The position numbers and the translations under genes are program-made. Positions 9,982-18,437 of a stretch of 64,000 nucleotides of DNA are shown in pieces. The notes under the pieces were generated by a model, which was not told the origin of the DNA, did no database searches, and saw only the letters and a program-made list of their open reading frames with translations. Source of the stretch: Candidatus Hodarchaeota archaeon (GTDB taxonomy: Archaea > Asgardarchaeota > Lokiarchaeia > Sigyniarchaeales > SOKP01); assembly GCA_048886685.1 (NCBI GenBank), contig JBHLKM010000009.1, positions 32,001-96,000 of the forward strand, given 5' to 3'. Position 1 is the first letter of the stretch. Each line of letters starts with the position of its first letter.

Positions 9982-10335
9982 TTGTTTTCATACTCATTTT
10001 CCGATGAATTGAAGATTGATGATGACGTTTTCGGGAGTTTTCTGTCTGCCTTTACTACATTTAGCAATAAAATTTTCTCTGAAGGGCTTGATCGAGCCAA
10101 ATTTGGGCATTACACAGTGCTATTGGACAAAGCAGACACATTCTCAATCTGCTATTTATTCAAAGACCAAACTTATATCGCCAAAAAAAAATTGTCAGAC
10201 TTTACAGAAAGCCTTCAAAGCAATGCTTTCATAATGAAAACATTAAATAAATATTATCAGATAAATCAAGTTATAGAAATAAAGGATTTTTCATTTTTGG
10301 AAAGTTTTATCAATCAAGTTTTTACGGATAATTAA
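9982..10335 (+). CDS. Stand-alone, possibly 5'-truncated copy of the C-terminal (longin-like) domain of the TPR protein at 41595..43631
   Basis: FGSFLSAFTTFSNKIFSEGLDRAKFG..SICYLFKDQTY aligns with FSSFMSAFDTFSSEVFSESIDRIKIG..LVCYVIKGQSY. Confidence 0.65.
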   Translation: MFSYSFSDELKIDDDVFGSFLSAFTTFSNKIFSEGLDRAKFGHYTVLLDKADTFSICYLFKDQTYIAKKKLSDFTESLQSNAFIMKTLNKYYQINQVIEIKDFSFLESFINQVFTDN

Positions 10336-10425
10336 GTTTATCTTATGACAAATTCAATATTAAATAAGGAATTTTAAAATTATTTTAAGATAAAATAAAA
10401 AAGAATGAAAAATAGGTTTAGGTCA

Positions 10426-11553
10426 TTAATTTTTGCGAGGGGGGAGCATTCTTACCATTCTCGGACCTTCGATAAGAGAAATTGCATTTTCAGGACAATG
10501 ATAGGCACATACACCGCATCCAGCACAGTATTCCTCAATCCTTTCTGCTTTATCGTTATCATTCAACTCAATAGCTTTATTAAAGCATAAATCTACACAG
10601 TTACCGCATCCTATACATAGGTCTTGATCGATTTCGGCTAAATAATTTGTTTCATTGACTACAGGAAAAATTAAGCAATCTCGCGCAGTCATGCAACAAC
10701 AGCTACAGCAATTACAGATTGCAACTTCCTCGGCTGCGGAATTACCATATTTATGATAGGCTTTATGAACTAAGCCTGCATCTTCACATTTTTTAAGGAT
10801 TTCCAATGCTTCCTCTTTTGATACCATTTTGGAGAAGCCATGATTAGAAGTATGTCTTGCTGATTTCCCTAAAGTCATACAACTTGGTGTAATTTCGATC
10901 ATCTTACAGGGGTTACCCAGAAATTCTTGATGATTACGACAATAACAATTTCCTACAGCAATATCATCATACTTTTCAATTAGCTCCCTGATTTTTTGAG
11001 TTGGTAATATTTTTTCTTCTGGAACTTCTAATTCTTCATTTATAATAACATTAATCTCTTCACCAGTTTCTAAATCTTCTAAAATCGGGACTGTACGATC
11101 CATTGCTGGCATACGACTTAATGCCGCACTAAATCCATCATATTGAGATTGGACAATTTCGGCATGTTCCTCATTCAATTTGCCAAATAACTGTGCGATT
11201 CTGTAATTTTCCTCAGTTTTTTCAAGATCGTTCATAAAAATATATTCAAATTGTCTGTGAAGAGGGAATAATTGATATACCATTACACCACTGCGATTAG
11301 GTTGGTTAATTATTACACCCTTTTTTGCTAAAACATCCGCTTTCTTCAAAATCTCTTCTTCAGATAACCCGCTACTCTCCTTTAATTGTTCCATTGTTTG
11401 GGAGATTTGATTTTCAAAAGCCATAATAAAATCCAGATTTTCATCTTTAATAGTGTATTTTAAAATTTCATGTACAGTTTCTGAAAATGGGAATTGAAAG
11501 CCTCCTGCTTTAAACAATATTTTAAGAGCTTTTTGATATTCAGCTTCACTCAT
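10426..11553 (-). CDS. Multi-Cys Fe-S protein with C-terminal 2x[4Fe-4S] ferredoxin domain
   Basis: CYCR, ICNCCSCCC, CIGCGNCVDLC, CAGCGVCAYHCP. Confidence 0.85.
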   Translation of the reverse strand: MSEAEYQKALKILFKAGGFQFPFSETVHEILKYTIKDENLDFIMAFENQISQTMEQLKESSGLSEEEILKKADVLAKKGVIINQPNRSGVMVYQLFPLHRQFEYIFMNDLEKTEENYRIAQLFGKLNEEHAEIVQSQYDGFSAALSRMPAMDRTVPILEDLETGEEINVIINEELEVPEEKILPTQKIRELIEKYDDIAVGNCYCRNHQEFLGNPCKMIEITPSCMTLGKSARHTSNHGFSKMVSKEEALEILKKCEDAGLVHKAYHKYGNSAAEEVAICNCCSCCCMTARDCLIFPVVNETNYLAEIDQDLCIGCGNCVDLCFNKAIELNDNDKAERIEEYCAGCGVCAYHCPENAISLIEGPRMVRMLPPRKN

Positions 11554-11770
11554 TTTTTACCATCGAATAATACTTTTTTTGTAGGTTATTATTTTTTTTA
11601 ATACTTTATTAAAACTGGTATGATAATAAAATTTTATTTTTTATCTTGATAACCATCTTGCGGTTTCTTTAAACTTCAAATAAATGGTAAAAGAATTAAA
11701 TAGTACAATAATCAAATTTAATTAATACGAATTAAATACTAACAAGTTTTCAATTATTATTAGTTTAGAT

Positions 11771-12571
11771 TTGAAGGTGATATTGTTTATGAGTCCAGAA
11801 TATAAGACAATTATCTATGAGAAAAAAGGTAAGGTGGCGTTAATTACACTTAATCGTCCTGAGAGAATGAATGCTATCAATGTACAAATGAATGCAGATT
11901 TGAAAGATTCATTGAAAATAGCTAAGGAAGATTCCGAGGTAAGAGTAATAGTTATAACAGGATCAGGAAAAGCGTTTTGTGCAGGCGCAGACGTTCAGGA
12001 GTTTGCTAGCGGGAAATTTAGGGAAAAAATCGCTGGAGGGAGTGTAACTATCCATCCATATGATTTTTTTAGATTATATAAGCCTATTATTGCGGCAGTG
12101 AATGGTGTAGCAGTCGGATTTGGTACTAATTTAACGTTAAGTTGCGATGTTATTTATGCTTCAGAGAAGGCGAGTTTTGGAGAATTCTTTATTCGAATGG
12201 GATTAATTCCAGATATGAATGGCAGTTTTCTACTCCCTAAGTTTATTGGAGTTCATAAAGCGAAGGAACTTATATTTAGTGGCAAACGCATATTTGCTGA
12301 GGAAGCTTATAAGATTGGATTAGTTAACGCAGTATTTCCCCACGAAGAACTATTACCTAAGACAATGGAATTTGCTAATCATCTAGCGGAACAAGCACCA
12401 CTTGCATTAGCTCTCTCGAAAGAAGCAATACATAGAGGTTATGATAAGATTTTTGATGAAATGTTAAAAGTTGAAGGGGAATTTAATGCCAGATGTTATG
12501 CCTCCGAAGACCATAAGGAAGCGGCTACTGCTTTTGTTGAAAAACGCAAGCCTGTTTTTAAGGGACGATAA
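11771..12571 (+). CDS. Enoyl-CoA hydratase/isomerase (PaaG-like crotonase); likely start is the ATG at 11789
   Basis: LNRPERMNA, FCAGAD, IAAVNGVAVG, MGLIPD, EKRKPVFKGR. Confidence 0.9.
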   Translation: MKVILFMSPEYKTIIYEKKGKVALITLNRPERMNAINVQMNADLKDSLKIAKEDSEVRVIVITGSGKAFCAGADVQEFASGKFREKIAGGSVTIHPYDFFRLYKPIIAAVNGVAVGFGTNLTLSCDVIYASEKASFGEFFIRMGLIPDMNGSFLLPKFIGVHKAKELIFSGKRIFAEEAYKIGLVNAVFPHEELLPKTMEFANHLAEQAPLALALSKEAIHRGYDKIFDEMLKVEGEFNARCYASEDHKEAATAFVEKRKPVFKGR

Positions 12572-12572
12572 A

Positions 12573-12593
12573 TTTTTTTTCTTTTTTTTTTTT
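12573..12593 (+). terminator. Oligo-T archaeal terminator
   Basis: T8-C-T12 immediately after the stop codon. Confidence 0.6.
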
Positions 12594-12696
12594 CCATTTT
12601 ATTTAAGTAAGACAAAAAGATATGAAAATATTTATTTAATCAATAAATTTCAACATTATATTCGTAAAATTTTAAACTAAAAAGAGAAAAAGAAGT

Positions 12697-14028
12697 ATGA
12701 AAGAAACAAGGGAAGTATATTTAGTAGACCATCTAAGGACACCATTTTCCCTATCAAATCCTCTGGAACCCGATAATGATGTTTTTAGTAAGAAGTGGGG
12801 AACTGAACTTGCAGCTCATGTCTTGACAGAAATGTTTGATAACCGAATACCCAATAAAGGTAGTACACTCAAGCGTGAGAATGTTAGCGAGGTTTTGGTT
12901 GGTAGTGCTTTATTGCAACATGAGCATGGGACATATGGGGGAAGAATACCTGGCTGGATGGCAAAATTTCCCTTCCATGTGCCTGCAACGGTATTCGACA
13001 AGCAAGACGGTTCCGGTATGACAACTTTGCATGTTGGATTTGGAAATATTTCAATGGGTTATTCCGATATGGTAGTAAATGTGGGTTTTGATCAATTTAC
13101 TCGTGTACCATTACATAGTTACGGTGGAAAAGTAGAAGTATTTGGATGGCCTCCAGATAAACTTATGCTTGATCCAGAGAGTAAATGGTATAACGACGAT
13201 TTATATGACTGGAAAACGAGCCGGTTATTATTCCAAACGGCTCAAAAACTTGCGGAGGAAGAAGCAGATCTTTTCACTAAAGATGAAATGGATAAATTTA
13301 GTTTTCGAAGTCACAATTTAGCAGAAAAAGCTCAGGAAGAAGGATATTTCAAGGAAGAGATAATGGCTATTCAAGGTCATAAAGTTGGAGAAGCTGAAAA
13401 TGAAATTGAGATCACAGAAGATCTATCAATTAGGAAAGGCATTACTTTAGAAGATATTGCTAATATGCCCCCCATAAGCACTCCAGGATGGGCAGGTGGC
13501 TATAAAAATCCCATATTTTCCAAGGAAGCATATGTTACAAAATTTGGAACAGAAAAAGGGATTATAACAGTAGGAAATAGTTCCCCATTATGCGATGGGG
13601 CTTCACTTTGTTTATTAGCTTCTAAAAAAGCACTTGAAGATTACAACTTGAACCCTATGGTTAAAGTTATCTCAATTGGTTTTGCAGGAGTAGATCCAAC
13701 AGTACGAGGACGAGGTGTAGTACCAGCATCCCAAATGGCTTTAGAGCATGCAAATTTAAAAGTTGATGATATTGATTATTGGGAAATCAATGAGAGCTTC
13801 AGTATCGTAGCACTTCACGCTGCGAATAAACTAGGAATCGATTGGGAAAATAAAATGAATATTCATGGAGGAGCAATAGCGATAGGGAATCCAGCATCCG
13901 CCACAGGATTGAGAATTACAACAACCTTAGCCAGAATTCTTAAAGAAAAAAAAGCAAAATATGGCCTTGCTGCCATGTCATGTGGTGGGGGTCAAGGAGC
14001 TGCAGTAGTAATCGAGAATTTAGATTAA
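12697..14028 (+). CDS. Thiolase-fold protein with substituted catalytic residues (pseudo-thiolase)
   Basis: Full-length thiolase homology, but DKQDGS, EINESF, GNPAS and MSCGGGQG replace DRQCGS, NEAF, GHP and CxGGGQG. Confidence 0.9.
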   Translation: MKETREVYLVDHLRTPFSLSNPLEPDNDVFSKKWGTELAAHVLTEMFDNRIPNKGSTLKRENVSEVLVGSALLQHEHGTYGGRIPGWMAKFPFHVPATVFDKQDGSGMTTLHVGFGNISMGYSDMVVNVGFDQFTRVPLHSYGGKVEVFGWPPDKLMLDPESKWYNDDLYDWKTSRLLFQTAQKLAEEEADLFTKDEMDKFSFRSHNLAEKAQEEGYFKEEIMAIQGHKVGEAENEIEITEDLSIRKGITLEDIANMPPISTPGWAGGYKNPIFSKEAYVTKFGTEKGIITVGNSSPLCDGASLCLLASKKALEDYNLNPMVKVISIGFAGVDPTVRGRGVVPASQMALEHANLKVDDIDYWEINESFSIVALHAANKLGIDWENKMNIHGGAIAIGNPASATGLRITTTLARILKEKKAKYGLAAMSCGGGQGAAVVIENLD

Positions 14029-14070
14029 AAAAAATATGATGTAAAAATAATAAAAAGAGGTTAAAAAAAA

Positions 14071-15375
14071 ATGAAAATAAGAGATGTATATATAACAGAT
14101 TATATAAGAACTCCATTTTCAAGATCTCGGCCAAGAGAACCGCCAAGGGATGTTTTTGGAAATTTGCGTCCTGATGAATTGACTGCGTTAACTTTAATCG
14201 AAATGTTTGACAATCGATTAAAAGATAAAGTTACACCTGAAGATGTCGATGAGTTTTATATAGGAGCTACTCATTTCAATTATGAATACGTTACACTTGG
14301 AGGAAGATATCCTATATTTTTAGCGAAATTTCCGACCAAGGTATCCTCTGTTGCATTAGATAGACAATGTGGTTCAGGAATGACCTGCGCTTCCTTAGGA
14401 TATAATAATATTGCAATGGGATACTCTGATGTTGTAATAGCTTCCGGGAAAAATAATGCTACTATGTCAAGATCAAAACGTCCAACCATGAGAGAGTTAT
14501 CCCCAGCGATGAAGAAAGGTCATGAATTTTTTATTGATGATGTTGTTGATTTCCGTTGTTCGGGTTCAATGTTACAAACCGCCCAAAAACTCCATGAAAT
14601 GGACGCTGACATATTCAATAAAGAAGATAACGATAGGTTTTCAGTTCGTAGTCATCAATTAGCTTCAAAAGGTCAGGAGGATGGCTTTTTCAAAGGGGAA
14701 ATTGTCCCTATTATGGCACATGCAGAAGGTGATGAAGATACTCCATTGTTAATTGAACATGATACATCAGTACGAAAAAATGCTACATACGAAGGAACAC
14801 GAGATTTAAGGGGATTAACTACACCTGGTTGGGCTGGTGGATACTATAGACCACTCATGACCAAAGAAGAATATGTTAAAGCGTTCGACACAGAACAAGG
14901 TTTAGTAACTGCAGGGAATTCATGCCCTATAAACGCGGGGGCCGCAACGTTATTGCTAATGTCAGAAGATGCTATGATAAACCATGAACTAGACCCATTA
15001 GCACGTATTGTTTCAAATGGTTTCGGAGCAGTAGATCCTACTGTTATGGGGAGAGGTCCAGTTCCAGCGTCGCAGATGGCACTAAAACATGCAGGGTTAA
15101 CAGTTGATGATATTGATTATTTTGAAATCAATGAGGCATTTGCTATTGTAGGTCTAAACTGGGTCCATGAGATGGGTTTAGATGATCGAATGGATGATAT
15201 AAATATATATGGTGGAGGAATCTCAATAGGACACCCAATAGCGGCAACAGGTCCAAGAATAGTTGGGACCTTAGCAAGAATCCTTAAAAAGAAAAACGCG
15301 AAATATGGTCTCGCTACAATGTGTTGTGGCGGGGGTCAGGGAACTGCAATGATTATTGAAAATCCAGACGCGTGA
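14071..15375 (+). CDS. Thiolase (acetyl-CoA C-acyltransferase), catalytic residues intact
   Basis: DRQCGS, EINEAF, GHPIAATG, MCCGGGQG. Confidence 0.93.
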   Translation: MKIRDVYITDYIRTPFSRSRPREPPRDVFGNLRPDELTALTLIEMFDNRLKDKVTPEDVDEFYIGATHFNYEYVTLGGRYPIFLAKFPTKVSSVALDRQCGSGMTCASLGYNNIAMGYSDVVIASGKNNATMSRSKRPTMRELSPAMKKGHEFFIDDVVDFRCSGSMLQTAQKLHEMDADIFNKEDNDRFSVRSHQLASKGQEDGFFKGEIVPIMAHAEGDEDTPLLIEHDTSVRKNATYEGTRDLRGLTTPGWAGGYYRPLMTKEEYVKAFDTEQGLVTAGNSCPINAGAATLLLMSEDAMINHELDPLARIVSNGFGAVDPTVMGRGPVPASQMALKHAGLTVDDIDYFEINEAFAIVGLNWVHEMGLDDRMDDINIYGGGISIGHPIAATGPRIVGTLARILKKKNAKYGLATMCCGGGQGTAMIIENPDA

Positions 15376-15382
15376 AATCTTA

Positions 15383-15399
15383 TTTTTTTTATTTTTTTT
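15383..15399 (+). terminator. Oligo-T terminator between convergent genes
   Basis: T8-A-T8 after the thiolase stop codon. Confidence 0.5.
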
Positions 15400-15445
15400 A
15401 TATTGTTGAACAATAGCTTTTTATTAAAAAAAAGAGTATTTATAT

Positions 15446-16030
15446 CTATAATCTTCTTTTCGGTCTAGGAGGAATATAATATACCTTAGGTTTTGTTCCC
15501 TCCTCAGTTTTAAGTTGAAACGTTCCCTTTTCAGATATTATTTTTGATATCCTACTATTAGAATCATTCAAATCCCCGAAGTGAATTGCTTGTCCTTCAC
15601 AACAAATCACACAAAATGGTTCAAGCCCTTGATCGACTCTTTGAAAACAAAAATTACACTTTCCTGCAATATTAGTATCATCATAGAATACAATGACATT
15701 GTAGGGGCAAGCGGTTAAACATGATTGACAGCCGGTACAAAATTCTGGATCTAATATAACAATCCCATCGTCTCTTTTATAGAGAGCTTCCTCGGTACAA
15801 GAATCAACACAAGGAGGATTCTCACAATGATTACATAGCTTAGGAAGAAAATCCATTGTTAAATTTGGAAAATTTCCTCCTGGAGTATCTTTCACAGCAC
15901 CGCCCTGAGTTTCAACTTTTATCCAGTAATCAGTGGTATTATTTTCAATTTTACACGCTATAGTACACGCTTCACATCCAATGCATCTCTCTTGGTCAAT
16001 AACCATTCCTAATCGTTTGCTATTATTCAT
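15446..16030 (-). CDS. DmsB/NrfC-like four-cluster Fe-S subunit
   Basis: CIGCEACTIAC, CNHCENPPCVDSC, CTGCQSCLTACP, KCNFC...PFCVICC. Confidence 0.92.
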   Translation of the reverse strand: MNNSKRLGMVIDQERCIGCEACTIACKIENNTTDYWIKVETQGGAVKDTPGGNFPNLTMDFLPKLCNHCENPPCVDSCTEEALYKRDDGIVILDPEFCTGCQSCLTACPYNVIVFYDDTNIAGKCNFCFQRVDQGLEPFCVICCEGQAIHFGDLNDSNSRISKIISEKGTFQLKTEEGTKPKVYYIPPRPKRRL

Positions 16031-18291
16031 TTCCTACCACTCTCAATTTTTATAATTTCAACAGCAACATCATTCATATGCATATTTGGTTCATAGACCT
16101 TGTCTTGAACAGGATTAATGATGTCGTGGGTTAGATGATTTAAACTTCCCTCTTTAAACTGTCCTATCCACCAACCTTCCGTAATATCGACTACACCTGG
16201 TTTAACTCCTTCAGATACTCTAGCTTTAAGTGTTGTTCGAGCTCTATCATTATAAACTGTAACTATATCATCCGTTTTTATATTTCGCTTCTCAGCATCA
16301 ATCGGATGAATATCTACCAATGGCTCAGGATTTAACTCAAGCAAAGATTTTACATTTGCAAACATAGAATGTGTGCGAAATCGACTATGACCATTTATAA
16401 GCGTTAAAGGAAATTTTTTGTCCCCCGGCGTAATCGGTGCTTCAATTGGTGGCAAATAGACAGGAAGAGCTTCTCCATCTTCATATAGTTGTTCCGCGTA
16501 CAATTCAATTTTTCCTGAAGGAGTGCGAAATGTAAGAGGGAAACTTGCTCCTTCTGGAAGTGTTGGTAATTTCATAGCTTGCGTTTTCAAGGTTTCCTGA
16601 GTGAATCCATCAAAAGTACGGGTTGCCATGATAAGATCTATTAATCCTTCTTCGCCACCCTTGAAATACTCACCAAATCCAAGACGTTCAGCAAGTTCAG
16701 AAACTATATTCACATCTGATTTAGATTCATATAAAGGTTCAATTACTTTTTGTTGAAGTTGTACATTAGGATAGGGATGTGCTAAAAAATCAGAAAATTC
16801 TAGGAAACTACAAACTGGAAGAAGTAAATCAGCAAATCGAGCAGAGGGTGTCATGAATAATTCTGTTTGTACAATAAAATCTAAATTCGGGTAAAACTTT
16901 TCAATGATTTTATTCGAATTTGCGCATTGATTTAAGAAGTTAATGAAAGCAAACCAGAGTGCCTTTATTGGATATGGCTTTCCAGAAATCACAGCGGCAT
17001 AAAGGTTAAGAATACCCATTCTATGAAAACTTGGTTTATCAGGGATGGCTTTAAGGAATGGATTCCAATTCAGAATTGCAGGTATATAACCCGAACTAAC
17101 TTTCGTGGTCACATTTCCAGTAATGGCAGCAACAGAGATAACTCCTCTTAAAGAGATATCTCCATGGTAAGTTCGTGTAAAACCCATATGAGTTAAAAAT
17201 ATCACTTTTTTTGAATTAGCAATTCTTTTTGCCAACTTAACAATAAGGTCTTTGTCAACACCTGTAATTTCTGCGGTTCTTTCGGGAGTATATTCAACTG
17301 CTAAATCCATTAAAAGTTGAAGTACAGGTTTGCATTCGATACCATTTATACTATAAGTTCCAATTAGACTTGCCTCTTTAGAATTAGATCGAGATAATGT
17401 CTTATGGGAATTAGAAGGCCCATGCCAAATTATATAAGCCTCTGGTTTTTTAGCTTCAACATCTTTTCCACGCAGCATTTTTCCGGTATCATTTCTCACT
17501 AAATATGGTCCATTTGTATGCTCTAAAATGAATTCCTTATTATGTAAATCATTCTGGAATATAACATTCATAATTCCAAGAGCTAACGCACTATCAGTTC
17601 CAGGAAATAGCCCTATATATTCGTCTGCTTTTGATGCAGTAACCGTAAAACGTGGGTCAACAACTATAACTTGAGTTCCAACCTCTTTCGCATCCATAAC
17701 TTTTCTCATATTATGTAAGGGCATGGATTCAGCTGGATTTGTAGCCCATATCATTAACAATTCGGGATATTTTCTCTGCCAAAACTCTCCATGTAAATGC
17801 ATATAAGGAAATTGGTGTCCTAAAATAATTCTACTCCCACATGGTAGGCCTGCATCTCCATATCCCCATGCACTCACACGTGTACTCTGAGTTAAACTAG
17901 CCAATCTTAAATATGCACCAAATTTGGTACTTCCTGCCCCAGGACCCCCTAAAACCCATCCAATCGATTTCCATCCATATTTTTCAGAAATTTCTTTAAA
18001 TTTATTGACGATAATTTCATATGCCTCATCCCAAGATATTCGTTCAAATTTTGCTTCACCCTGCTTACCAACTCGTTTCATTGGATATTTAATACGATCT
18101 GGGTGATAAGTTATATCCAAACTTGTTAAACCTCGTAAACAAATCCTCCGATCCATTTCATCAGGAAAATCAGCAGGCTCCAATTTAACAATACGATCTC
18201 CTTTTAAATGAGCAATTATTCCACAACAATCTATTCCACAATGAGCTGGACATGCTGTTCTTATAAGTTTAACCTCCTCGCTTGCTACCAT
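16027..18291 (-). CDS. Mo/W-bisPGD (DMSO reductase family) oxidoreductase, catalytic subunit, no Tat signal
   Basis: CPAHCGIDC...ICLRG, HPDRIKYPMKRVG, DPRFTVTASKAD, FRTPSGKIEL, RFRTHSMF. ATGA overlap with the Fe-S subunit gene. Confidence 0.92.
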   Translation of the reverse strand: MVASEEVKLIRTACPAHCGIDCCGIIAHLKGDRIVKLEPADFPDEMDRRICLRGLTSLDITYHPDRIKYPMKRVGKQGEAKFERISWDEAYEIIVNKFKEISEKYGWKSIGWVLGGPGAGSTKFGAYLRLASLTQSTRVSAWGYGDAGLPCGSRIILGHQFPYMHLHGEFWQRKYPELLMIWATNPAESMPLHNMRKVMDAKEVGTQVIVVDPRFTVTASKADEYIGLFPGTDSALALGIMNVIFQNDLHNKEFILEHTNGPYLVRNDTGKMLRGKDVEAKKPEAYIIWHGPSNSHKTLSRSNSKEASLIGTYSINGIECKPVLQLLMDLAVEYTPERTAEITGVDKDLIVKLAKRIANSKKVIFLTHMGFTRTYHGDISLRGVISVAAITGNVTTKVSSGYIPAILNWNPFLKAIPDKPSFHRMGILNLYAAVISGKPYPIKALWFAFINFLNQCANSNKIIEKFYPNLDFIVQTELFMTPSARFADLLLPVCSFLEFSDFLAHPYPNVQLQQKVIEPLYESKSDVNIVSELAERLGFGEYFKGGEEGLIDLIMATRTFDGFTQETLKTQAMKLPTLPEGASFPLTFRTPSGKIELYAEQLYEDGEALPVYLPPIEAPITPGDKKFPLTLINGHSRFRTHSMFANVKSLLELNPEPLVDIHPIDAEKRNIKTDDIVTVYNDRARTTLKARVSEGVKPGVVDITEGWWIGQFKEGSLNHLTHDIINPVQDKVYEPNMHMNDVAVEIIKIESGRK

Positions 18292-18437
18292 TATAAATCA
18301 TTTCTACTCAATATTTTCAATAGATGTTTTTAAATATGAATAAAGATAATGAAAAAATTGTATTAATTATTATTAGAAAACTTTAATAAAATTACTGTCG
18401 AAATATATAAACTATATAACAAAAAGGTAGAAAAAAC

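Noticed and set aside
12697-14028. Treating the substituted thiolase as a simple pseudogene
   Set aside because: The ORF is full length with no stops or frameshifts, structural motifs are conserved, and the Cys->Asp change needs more than one nucleotide substitution.
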